Shown here in pieces: positions 20,220 to 27,986 of a DNA stretch of 64,000 bases. Numbering within the stretch: position 1 is the stretch's first letter; the number at the start of each line of letters is the position of its first letter. Both the position numbers and the translations under genes were made by a program. The notes under the pieces are model-generated. The model made no database searches. It was not told the origin of the DNA and saw nothing but the letters and a program-made list of their open reading frames with translations. Location of the stretch: IMG/VR virus record IMGVR_UViG_3300020036_003099, positions 9,614 through 73,613 of that record. The stretch is one strand, 5' to 3'. The DNA is from a virus. Lineage: Duplodnaviria > Caudoviricetes.

Positions 20220-21167
20220 GTGTACCAAATACCCATGATGACCAAAATTCCTTACCTTTTAACCAACAAAGGTTTAACCCTCGTAATCGAAGGTAGGCCA
20301 CACAACGTATCTTCCGACAACAAACGTTTTAACGACATCATAGATGTCTTGAGAGAGCGTGACTACGAAGAAGCCAAAAGACTGGTTGATCTAGCTTCAC
20401 AAGTTGTTGCCAAATCCAAAGGTAGAATCACGATTAAAGACGGTGTTGTCTACGGCTCTAACGGCCAAGCCATCCACAACGCCTTGACTTCCCGTATGCT
20501 TCAAATGCTGGAGCTGGGCCTTGAAGTAGACCCCCTAATGCTCTTCATGGAACGCTTAGAGAAAAACCCTTCGTTTCGTTCAAGGGAACAACTCTTTGAG
20601 TTCCTGGAAGCTTGCGACCTACCTATCCTAGAAGATGGGCGGTTCCTGGCCTATCGCTCTGTTAAATCAGACTACTGGGACAAACACACAGGACGCTCTG
20701 CTTATTCCAAACCTTACAAAGACATGGACTTCTACGAGCGGGCTAAACTACCCCTTACACGCGGTAACGTGACAAGCGCTATCATTAACTTTGAAACTGT
20801 TGTCTCCATGGAGCGTACTGCTGTGGACGACGACCCTAATCGTACTTGCTCACACGGCCTCCATGTGTGCTCCCAAGGCTACGGTATGTACGGTGATCTT
20901 CTTTTGCACGTGGCTGTAGATCCTGCGGACGTTGTGTCTGTTCCTACGGATTATAACAACGCCAAAATGCGCGTCTGTAAATACGCAGTCCTAGAAGAGG
21001 CCCCACAAAACGCTTTTAAAACCTGGGATGTCCCCGTTTATACTTACAACGAGTACGTTGAAGACTTCTTTGGTGACGACGATACCGCTGAAGACTTCTA
21101 CGGAGATGAGGCCCCCGACAATACCGACTTCAAAGCCAAACTTCAGGCTTGGTTAGATTCCCAGTAA
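20220..21167 (+). CDS. rIIB: rIIB-like protein
   Basis: Follows rIIA; NPSFRSREQLFEFL, DGRFLAYRSV, CSHGLHV, DVVSVPTDYNNAKMRVCKY. Confidence 0.88.
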   Translation: MYQIPMMTKIPYLLTNKGLTLVIEGRPHNVSSDNKRFNDIIDVLRERDYEEAKRLVDLASQVVAKSKGRITIKDGVVYGSNGQAIHNALTSRMLQMLELGLEVDPLMLFMERLEKNPSFRSREQLFEFLEACDLPILEDGRFLAYRSVKSDYWDKHTGRSAYSKPYKDMDFYERAKLPLTRGNVTSAIINFETVVSMERTAVDDDPNRTCSHGLHVCSQGYGMYGDLLLHVAVDPADVVSVPTDYNNAKMRVCKYAVLEEAPQNAFKTWDVPVYTYNEYVEDFFGDDDTAEDFYGDEAPDNTDFKAKLQAWLDSQ

Positions 21168-21177
21168 GGTTACTCTT

Positions 21178-21567
21178 TTGCCTATACGATCAGCTGACTT
21201 TGTTTACAAAATATGGGACAAACAGAAAAAGAAGTACTGTGCGTCCACCAACCAAAGCGGGGAACACATGAACAACATGTGGACCTCGGTTGGCGCGGTA
21301 AAAAACCTTACCACCAAATGGTATCGGTGGTACTGTGAGTGGTACGTCAAAGAGTGCGACAGGTACATGCAAGGTTTAACCAAGCAGCACCCAGGAGACT
21401 TTGCAGCTACCAAAGGGGACAAATATGACGTTCACAGGTTTAAGTTAACCCACAAACTGGTTATTCCTTGGGATGCCAACGGTGTTCTCGATCCGCCTCC
21501 CGACGAAAGAAAGATGAGACGGAAAAGGAATGTCACAAAAACAAAGAAAAAAGCCACCAGGTTCTAG
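21178..21567 (+). CDS. Hypothetical protein
   Basis: 129-aa ORF, co-oriented. Confidence 0.5.
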   Translation: MPIRSADFVYKIWDKQKKKYCASTNQSGEHMNNMWTSVGAVKNLTTKWYRWYCEWYVKECDRYMQGLTKQHPGDFAATKGDKYDVHRFKLTHKLVIPWDANGVLDPPPDERKMRRKRNVTKTKKKATRF

Positions 21568-21784
21568 CGAACATTCAAAATATTCCTGGAAAGCCAATAA
21601 AAACTATACAGCTTGTATCTTCTTTGAGAACGAAGAGCTGGATGATTTCACCAAAACCCGACGAATAACCAAACGAAGGGATATTGCTATAGAGAAACTG
21701 GCTGATAGATTTATGGACGAATTAGAGTCTCACTTAGAAGAATTACCTGTGGATATCTATTTTAACTTGAAAGGTTTAAAATGA
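21530..21784 (+). CDS. Hypothetical protein
   Basis: 84 aa, coupled to neighbours. Confidence 0.5.
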   Translation: MSQKQRKKPPGSSEHSKYSWKANKNYTACIFFENEELDDFTKTRRITKRRDIAIEKLADRFMDELESHLEELPVDIYFNLKGLK

Positions 21785-22056
21785 CAGATCTAGAATTACA
21801 AGACAAACTTTATGCGTTGGTTAACAATCACCTTCAAACCAACAGCCCTGAAGCCCCTAGAGAAAGCGTCTTTGCCCTTTTTGCGGTTGTCATCCGACAC
21901 TGTTCTTTACTATCTCTTTTTGGTACCGACGAAACTATCTTAGCGGCTATTTTTGATGAATCTAAAAAAGAGTTCCTGCGTATCACTGCCGAAGCCAAAC
22001 GACAATTCACAGATTTAATAGAAGGAGAAACAGATGAAAATAAAACGACACACTAG
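21781..22056 (+). CDS. Hypothetical protein
   Basis: 91 aa, start/stop overlap with the previous gene. Confidence 0.55.
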   Translation: MTDLELQDKLYALVNNHLQTNSPEAPRESVFALFAVVIRHCSLLSLFGTDETILAAIFDESKKEFLRITAEAKRQFTDLIEGETDENKTTH

Positions 22057-22342
22057 CGGCAACGTTATTCATGCTCCGTTTGCCTTTCTAGATAACGAAA
22101 GTTTGATCCGGTATTATCGTGAGCGTATGGAAGAGCTGGCACTACTCCCCGAAGCGGGACCACCAGACAGCGCCTTAAACTACACGCTGGACTGGTTAGA
22201 GCGGGAAATAGACGACAGGTATAACACGCAACGCCTGACTTCTTTTGACATATATCGCCTGGGACAAACAACAATAAACAAAGCTGAAAAAAGTTCCAAA
22301 AAAATAAATTTAGGTGTTGACGAAGGACCCTCAGCGGCGTAG
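22034..22342 (+). CDS. Hypothetical protein
   Basis: 102 aa; its 3' end contains the promoter of the ncRNA array. Confidence 0.55.
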   Translation: MKIKRHTSGNVIHAPFAFLDNESLIRYYRERMEELALLPEAGPPDSALNYTLDWLEREIDDRYNTQRLTSFDIYRLGQTTINKAEKSSKKINLGVDEGPSAA

Positions 22343-22345
22343 AAA
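22317..22345 (+). promoter_or_regulatory. sigma70 promoter for the ncRNA array and Ro-like gene
   Basis: A-rich UP element, TTGACG-N17-TAGAAA; predicted +1 at about 22352-22354 coincides with the start of unit 1. Confidence 0.65.
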
Positions 22346-22353
22346 TAAACCTA

Positions 22354-22420
22354 ACGATTGACTGCAGCAAACAACCGCCGAAAGGCACTTGCATCAGGAG
22401 CAAACCAAAGTTCAATCCGT
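22354..22420 (+). ncRNA. Y-RNA-like unit 1
   Basis: Closing stem ACGATTGA/TCAATCCGT (bulged C), CTGCAGCAA motif, GCC-GAAA-GGC hairpin, TTGC-ATCAGGA-GCAA hairpin with a 7-nt loop. Confidence 0.6.
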
Positions 22421-22439
22421 ATCTAAAAGATTCAAATTA

Positions 22440-22499
22440 AGGGTTCTCTACAGCAAACTAAATAATTTTCACTTTCAATGAAAACCAAAAGTAGAACCT
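22440..22499 (+). ncRNA. Y-RNA-like unit 2 carrying a Glu(UUC)-like anticodon stem-loop
   Basis: Stem AGGGTTCT/AGAACCT, CTACAGCAA motif, TTTTCA-CTTTCAA-TGAAAA (loop CU-UUC-AA). Confidence 0.6.
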
Positions 22500-22550
22500 G
22501 TCACCTATCTGGTAAAAAGTACACTATACCTAAATATTTGAAACGCTAAA

Positions 22551-22665
22551 GGGCTAGTTCCAGCATATAATTTGCTCTTGTAAAGCAGAGGTTGTTGGTT
22601 CGAGTCCAACCAGAGGGCGAAAGCCTGATGTAGCTCAATTGGTCGAGCGCTAAAAAAACTAGCCC
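22551..22665 (+). ncRNA. Y-RNA-like unit 3 with circularly permuted tRNA-Thr(UGU)-like domain
   Basis: Perfect 9-bp stem GGGCTAGTT/AACTAGCCC, TCCAGCAT motif, then anticodon arm (CU-UGU-AA), variable loop, T arm, acceptor stem capped by GAAA, D arm; no CCA end. Confidence 0.75.
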
Positions 22666-22685
22666 GTTAGGGTTTCAAATATAAA

Positions 22686-22832
22686 ACGTATGTCTACAGC
22701 AACGGCCCTTTTCCTTTTGGAAAAGACGCCAACTAATTTCCTCGCCTGAGGATGTAGCTCAGCTGGTTAGAGCGCCTGGTCAAAAGCTTGGAGGACGTTG
22801 GTTCGAATCCAACCATTAAAACAACATACCGT
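22686..22832 (+). ncRNA. Y-RNA-like unit 4 with degenerate tRNA body
   Basis: Stem ACGTATGT/ACATACCGT (bulged C), CTACAGCAA motif, two hairpins, then intact D arm and T arm with a defective anticodon arm and only a 3-4 bp acceptor stem. Confidence 0.68.
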
Positions 22833-22866
22833 ATATTACCTAACAAATTAAAAAAGGGGACCAATT

Positions 22867-24324
22867 ATGACGAACTCACCTATCTTCAAAAACGCAATCA
22901 GAAACACACCAGTTAAAGCTTTAACAGCCAACGGCGCTATCACAAACGCGTCTTCTTTGGACCCCTTGGTAGACCTCTTCTTTGTTATCGGCTCTGCTAG
23001 AAACATGTCCGATGCACAACTCTTCCCTATGTTTGAAAAGGCTCTCGCAGAGGACAAGGTTAACACCCTTAAGATGCTCTTTTGGGCCCGTGACATACGT
23101 GGCGGCTCAGGTGAAAGAAAAACCTTTGTCAGGCTTTTCAACTATCTATATAAGCATTACGACTACGAAATGGATGCTATTAGCTTAATCGGTCTTATCC
23201 CCACGTTCGGTAGATTTAAAGATCTTATTGAGTCTTTGCCCCCTGAGGTCGCCGCTGCGTTCCTCTTAAAAGGTATCTCTGCGAAGAACGGCTTGGCTGC
23301 TAAATGGTCCCCGCGTAAAGGTCCTGTGTTCAACGACATGAGAAAGATCCTTAATGTTACCCCTAAAGCCCTCCGTAAAGCCCTTGTGGAGCTCACCAAG
23401 GTGGTTGAAACACAAATGTGTGCGAAACAGTGGGATCAGATTATCTTTGACCACGTGCCTTCTGTGGCTGCTGCTAGATACCAAAAGGCTTTCTCGAAGC
23501 ACCAGCCCGAGCGCTACAAAGCCTACAGGGATGCCCTTAACTCCAAAGACCCTGCTGTAAAGGCTACCGCTAAGATCAACGCTAGCGCTATCTTTCCCCA
23601 CGATGTCCTTAAAAGTCTTCATTTGGGTGATGCAGGGGTTGCTACGGCTCAATGGGAAGCTTTACCCGATTACCTAGGGGACAACAAGATCATCCCTGTT
23701 TGTGACGTATCCGGCTCCATGACTTGCCAAGTTGGTGGTAACCCTAATCTGCGGTGTATCGATATTTGCGTCTCTTTAGGTCTCTACATAGCCGATAAGC
23801 AAAAGGGAGCCTTTAAAGACATTTTCTGCACGTTCTCTTCGAAACCTTCTTTGGAGGTTCTTAAGGGCAACATCGCGCAAAAAGTACGTCAACTAAACGC
23901 CGCCCACTGGGAGATGTCCACCAACGTCGAAGGAGCCTTTAGAGCTATCCTTAAAATGGCTGTGGAGAACAAGGTACCTGCCTCGGACATGCCTAAAATG
24001 CTGCTAATCTTCTCAGATATGGAGTTTAACCCCTCAACAGTGTCTGGATTGACCAATCAGCAAGTCGCTGAAGGATACTTCAAGGCTGCTGGATACAAAT
24101 TACCTAAAATTGTTTACTGGAATCTAAACGCTAGACCAGGCAACAACCCCGTAACGATCCGCGAAGATGGTGTTTGTCTGGTCTCAGGGTTTTCCCCTTC
24201 GATCCTTAAAGCTATCCTGGCTGGTTCTGAAGCCATAGAAGACGACTTTTCACCTAGGGCTATCATGATGAAAACCCTTAATGACCCGCGTTACGCGGTG
24301 GTGGAGGAACTCTTGAAAAAATGA
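22867..24324 (+). CDS. TROVE/Ro60-like helical domain plus vWA protein (DUF2828-type)
   Basis: TANGA, LVDLFF, FWARDIRGGSGERKTF, FGRFKDL, LAAKWSPR; vWA MIDAS VCDVSGSM, STN, FSDMEF, VYWNL, VSGFSP. Confidence 0.8.
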   Translation: MTNSPIFKNAIRNTPVKALTANGAITNASSLDPLVDLFFVIGSARNMSDAQLFPMFEKALAEDKVNTLKMLFWARDIRGGSGERKTFVRLFNYLYKHYDYEMDAISLIGLIPTFGRFKDLIESLPPEVAAAFLLKGISAKNGLAAKWSPRKGPVFNDMRKILNVTPKALRKALVELTKVVETQMCAKQWDQIIFDHVPSVAAARYQKAFSKHQPERYKAYRDALNSKDPAVKATAKINASAIFPHDVLKSLHLGDAGVATAQWEALPDYLGDNKIIPVCDVSGSMTCQVGGNPNLRCIDICVSLGLYIADKQKGAFKDIFCTFSSKPSLEVLKGNIAQKVRQLNAAHWEMSTNVEGAFRAILKMAVENKVPASDMPKMLLIFSDMEFNPSTVSGLTNQQVAEGYFKAAGYKLPKIVYWNLNARPGNNPVTIREDGVCLVSGFSPSILKAILAGSEAIEDDFSPRAIMMKTLNDPRYAVVEELLKK

Positions 24325-24404
24325 AATCTACTCAAAACTAAACCACACTACAAACGATAAAAACTAAAAAAATCAAGTCTAAGTAAAAGAGAACTTAGGC
24401 GTAC

Positions 24405-24737
24405 ATGTACGTGCGGAATTTTCGCGTAATGACAAGTATTAAAGTCTACAACCATAAAATCCGTCTAGAAGATAACGGAGCCTTTAAATACGAAAGGGAA
24501 ACAATCGAATCCAACGCCCTCTTTTTGGAAGAGACCTTAGAAAAACTTCTTTTGGCAGAGAAGCGTTGGCAGTATAAAAGATACACCAAAAAAGGTAAAA
24601 CCTCTGAAGCTGATATCTTGGCTTTCAAAGCAGCTGACGAGAAACTAAGGGATATCCAAAGGGGTATCAACGAAGTAAACGAAAAGGCCAACATTATCTG
24701 GAAAGATATTGCAGCTGGTAAAAGATTGGAAACTTAA
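24405..24737 (+). CDS. Hypothetical protein
   Basis: 110-aa coiled-coil-like ORF. Confidence 0.5.
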   Translation: MYVRNFRVMTSIKVYNHKIRLEDNGAFKYERETIESNALFLEETLEKLLLAEKRWQYKRYTKKGKTSEADILAFKAADEKLRDIQRGINEVNEKANIIWKDIAAGKRLET

Positions 24738-24996
24738 AATGGGAGTAAACACCTTGAACACAGAAAACCTACCTAACACTGCGGACGCTATCATAAAAAA
24801 GCTTTTGGTTGATTTGCGTGAAATGGAATCTCTCAACGAGAAGCTGCGCTGGCGGTGTAAAAATCAAAAGCGTGAAATCCGTAACTTGAACAAAACTGTT
24901 TTGGCTCAGAAATACCTAGTGCTAACCGCACAGTCTGACGCTAAAGAAGCTTCTGTTGAAAAACTGAAAGGTTTACGTAGTTTAGTTAAAGGATAG
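24709..24996 (+). CDS. Hypothetical coiled-coil protein
   Basis: 95 aa. Confidence 0.5.
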   Translation: MQLVKDWKLKMGVNTLNTENLPNTADAIIKKLLVDLREMESLNEKLRWRCKNQKREIRNLNKTVLAQKYLVLTAQSDAKEASVEKLKGLRSLVKG

Positions 24997-24998
24997 AA

Positions 24999-25193
24999 GT
25001 GACACCAGAGTTTACTGCCCTATTGACTTTTAAAGCTGCTCTTATAAAGTTGAAATGGGAATGGCGAAAAAAGTTTGAACATCTTTTTACTGAGTATTTA
25101 GAAGACACTGTTAAAGAAGCACAACAAGACGTGGATGATCGAATAGCAACCCTAAAGGAAACCTTAAGCGATGGAAACGAAAACGATACTTAA
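24999..25193 (+). CDS. Hypothetical protein
   Basis: 64 aa, operon-packed. Confidence 0.5.
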   Translation: MTPEFTALLTFKAALIKLKWEWRKKFEHLFTEYLEDTVKEAQQDVDDRIATLKETLSDGNENDT

Positions 25194-25353
25194 AGAAGTC
25201 TACTCTAAAACTATTCACAATTTATTTTGGGTAGGTGTGGGAATTCTCTTGACTATATTCGTGTTACCAAGTAAAACATTTCCACCACTAGACGAAAGAC
25301 TAGAGCTGTCCTGGAATAAAGACGGTTCGCCTAACAAAAACCCAGTTAACTAA
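25171..25353 (+). CDS. Small membrane protein
   Basis: One TM segment (LFWVGVGILLTIFVL). Confidence 0.5.
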   Translation: METKTILKEVYSKTIHNLFWVGVGILLTIFVLPSKTFPPLDERLELSWNKDGSPNKNPVN

Positions 25354-25367
25354 AAAGGAAATAAATA

Positions 25368-25988
25368 ATGAACAACCCACAATACGCACACAAAAACGTT
25401 ATCACTGTTGACCAAGCAAAAGAATACGATCACTACATTTTGATTGATCAATCCGGTTCCATGGGTTCGCCCTCAACTAAAATGCAAGGCAAATCCCGCT
25501 GGCAAGAAGCCCAAGAGTTCACAGAAGGCTACGCTCGTTTTGCCGAACAAGTTGACGATGATGGTTTGACGGTTATCACCTTTAACTCTTCTTGTAAGGT
25601 TTACGATGGTGTCAAAGCTGATAAAGTAACGTCTATCTTCGCAAACTCCCCTATGGGTTCCACCAACTTGGCGGCTGCTTTGGAAGCGGCTTTCAAGAAG
25701 AAGTTTTCTGGGTCTAAAAAAGCAATCATGATGGTTTTGACGGATGGCTCACCTGATGACCGTCAAGCCGTTATCCAGTCCATTGAACGGGCCTCTAACA
25801 AACTTGACCGAGACGAAGAGCTGGCTATTCAGTTTATTCAAATTGGCGATGATTCAGGCGCTAAGCAATTCCTGGCAAAACTTGATGACGACCTAAAAGG
25901 CAAGTTTGACATTGTTAACTCTTTGACGCGTGAAGAAGCCGAGAGCCTGACGATTGAAGAACTTCTCTGGCAAGCTCTCAACGATTAG
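25368..25988 (+). CDS. vWA domain protein (Ter-cluster type)
   Basis: MIDAS IDQSGSM, GSTNLAAAL, VLTDGSPDD, FIQIGDD, KLDDDL. Confidence 0.88.
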   Translation: MNNPQYAHKNVITVDQAKEYDHYILIDQSGSMGSPSTKMQGKSRWQEAQEFTEGYARFAEQVDDDGLTVITFNSSCKVYDGVKADKVTSIFANSPMGSTNLAAALEAAFKKKFSGSKKAIMMVLTDGSPDDRQAVIQSIERASNKLDRDEELAIQFIQIGDDSGAKQFLAKLDDDLKGKFDIVNSLTREEAESLTIEELLWQALND

Positions 25989-26102
25989 TCGTTTCTAAGA
26001 TTCCGCTAACACCGGAAAAGCTAAGGGTACCGGACAAGAGTACCCAGCGGGTCCTGCTAAAGTGCCAACTGTTACTTTCACAACTAAAAAGGAGATTAAA
26101 CT

Positions 26103-26699
26103 ATGAATAACCCCGCTCAAGCAGCTGCCCCTTTGACTTTCGACATTGTACCCAAAGGCGTAACTGTAGAAGTTAAAGACAAAGCCGGTCAAACTTTCTC
26201 TAAACTGTACGTAGGTGCAGGTTGGGATATGGCTGGATCTGCCTCTGTAGACCTTGACCTTGTTGGTGCTTGCCTCGTGAACGGTAAACTGACAGCTCAA
26301 ACACGTTTGGTTTACTTTGGTGATAAAACAGAGCCAGGTGTTACGTTGTCTGCTGATAACACAACAGGAGCCGGTGACGGTGACGATGAATCCATGGTTA
26401 TCGATCTGGATAAAGTTGAAGCTGAAATCACGTCTATTGCCATCGGTATCATTGCCTACGCTGGCGCTGATATTTCAACGGCTAAGAACGTTCACTTTAG
26501 AGTTTGCAACGGCTCTACCACAAGTGATCCACAAGTTTTCGATGTACCTATGAACCAAGCAACTGCAGGTGACACCGTGCTTCACGCGGCTAACCTTGTC
26601 AGAGGCGCTGGTGGCTGGTCTATCGAGAATGTCTCCAGTTTCTATCAAAAAGGTAACGGGACAGCTGCGGTACAAGGTTTTGCGGGACTATTCGCATAA
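26103..26699 (+). CDS. terD: TerD-family stress protein
   Basis: VGAGWD...DLDLVGA, LVYFGD, DNTTGAGDGDDESMVIDL, GGWSIEN. Confidence 0.88.
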   Translation: MNNPAQAAAPLTFDIVPKGVTVEVKDKAGQTFSKLYVGAGWDMAGSASVDLDLVGACLVNGKLTAQTRLVYFGDKTEPGVTLSADNTTGAGDGDDESMVIDLDKVEAEITSIAIGIIAYAGADISTAKNVHFRVCNGSTTSDPQVFDVPMNQATAGDTVLHAANLVRGAGGWSIENVSSFYQKGNGTAAVQGFAGLFA

Positions 26700-26818
26700 C
26701 AAAGTATGGTGTGTGTCTAGACGTTGATCGAGAGCAACCTTTCACGGTTTCTATCTCTCCAGATTGTTTGTGAGAGGTTGCTTATGGGTCAATTAAAACG
26801 TAAAAAGGAAAATATAGA

Positions 26819-27028
26819 ATGAACTGGTTAAAGAAACAACTGACTGAAGTCTCTGCTTGGATCTGCTTTATCATCATCGTAACCGCACTGGTAGCGCGTA
26901 CAGATCTCCCTGTGATCGTTGTTTGTTTGGTGGGTATTTGGTTAGACGAAGGTTGGATTAAACAACAGATTGATAGTTACGCGCCTAGCTTGGGTAGGTG
27001 GTTGGATGATGTGGCTAAGGGTCTGTAG
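26819..27028 (+). CDS. Small membrane protein
   Basis: Two hydrophobic segments. Confidence 0.55.
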   Translation: MNWLKKQLTEVSAWICFIIIVTALVARTDLPVIVVCLVGIWLDEGWIKQQIDSYAPSLGRWLDDVAKGL

Positions 27029-27031
27029 GCT

Positions 27032-27241
27032 ATGAATCACCCTTACGTTTATATCGTCGTTGCGGTGGTTTTACTTGCCTTGGGTGCCTACGGGACTTTC
27101 TCCCTGGGTTCCGGTGGGTTTAAGCGCCTCACGACAATCTCAGGGGTTTACACCGTGGAGAACCCAGGTAACTTCCCCGTGGTTTGTTTCGTGGAGAAAT
27201 CCTCGGGATCTATGCAATGTCTCACACGCAAGAGCATGTGA
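27032..27241 (+). CDS. Small exported/membrane-anchored protein
   Basis: N-terminal hydrophobic helix; VVCFV...MQCL. Confidence 0.55.
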   Translation: MNHPYVYIVVAVVLLALGAYGTFSLGSGGFKRLTTISGVYTVENPGNFPVVCFVEKSSGSMQCLTRKSM

Positions 27242-27270
27242 CGCCTACCCATAAGGGTACGTAAAAAGGG

Positions 27271-27825
27271 TTGAAGAGAATGTCAGATAAACTGAAATTG
27301 TTAAAAAACCAAATAAAAGATCTATACAAAGCTTTAGCGGTTGCTGAAAAAGCTGTCGTTGAAGAAGAGGATAAAATCCTTAAAGAGACTCGAGAGATTA
27401 ACAGTGAGAAAGCCAAAGTTTTCAACGAAAGCAAACGCAGTTTTATCTTTTACAAAAAAGTTTACAAGAACTCTAAAGAAAAAGACACTCTCAGGTACGG
27501 AGAAACCACAGCTATCGTTAAGTTGAAGGTACCAGCAGGTGCTTTGCGCTCCATGAACCCGGATCTTTGGCATAAAAACTGGGGTGTTTTTCCTTTTAAT
27601 GCGGCTAAATTACGCGTAAACGAGGCTGAAGTTTTGGAAATTTGGGAAACTGAAAATCCCGACAAAAAACTAAATAAAGGCTACTCTATGCGAGACAGAT
27701 CCTTTGTTTATCAAGTTGGGAAAACTGTAAAGCCTGTGGACACCTTTGACACAAACCACAAGAACGACTGCTCAAGTGGCATACACGGGTACTTGTCAAA
27801 AAAAGCTGCACAAAACCACTTTTAA
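27271..27825 (+). CDS. DUF5758-like protein
   Basis: IVKLKVPAGALRS...AEVLEI...FVYQVG...CSSGIHGY. Confidence 0.65.
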   Translation: MKRMSDKLKLLKNQIKDLYKALAVAEKAVVEEEDKILKETREINSEKAKVFNESKRSFIFYKKVYKNSKEKDTLRYGETTAIVKLKVPAGALRSMNPDLWHKNWGVFPFNAAKLRVNEAEVLEIWETENPDKKLNKGYSMRDRSFVYQVGKTVKPVDTFDTNHKNDCSSGIHGYLSKKAAQNHF

Positions 27826-27986
27826 ACTGTAAATAAGGATTTATATTCATGCACCATTTAGACCACCAAACAATCGTTTTACTGGGTGTTGTTATCCCAG
27901 CCATCATTTTTTTCGTAGCTGCCTTCTTTTTACTAGACACTAAAAAAGATAAACACTAAGCTCAACCAACAAAAGGATTTTTAACC

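Noticed and set aside
22708-22725. Lys(UUU) anticodon stem-loop in unit 4
   Set aside because: The best pairing gives a 7-bp stem with a 4-nt TTTT loop; a CU-UUU loop needs a shifted register with a C-A mismatch.
22750-22816. Ordinary tRNA gene in unit 4
   Set aside because: The acceptor stem is only 3-4 bp, there is no CCA, and the anticodon loop lacks U33; treated as part of an ncRNA unit.
22354-22832. CRISPR array or mini-array
   Set aside because: The shared sequence is only 8-9 nt, unit lengths vary from 60 to 147 nt, and there are no cas genes; the Cas4-like gene is a typical phage replication exonuclease.
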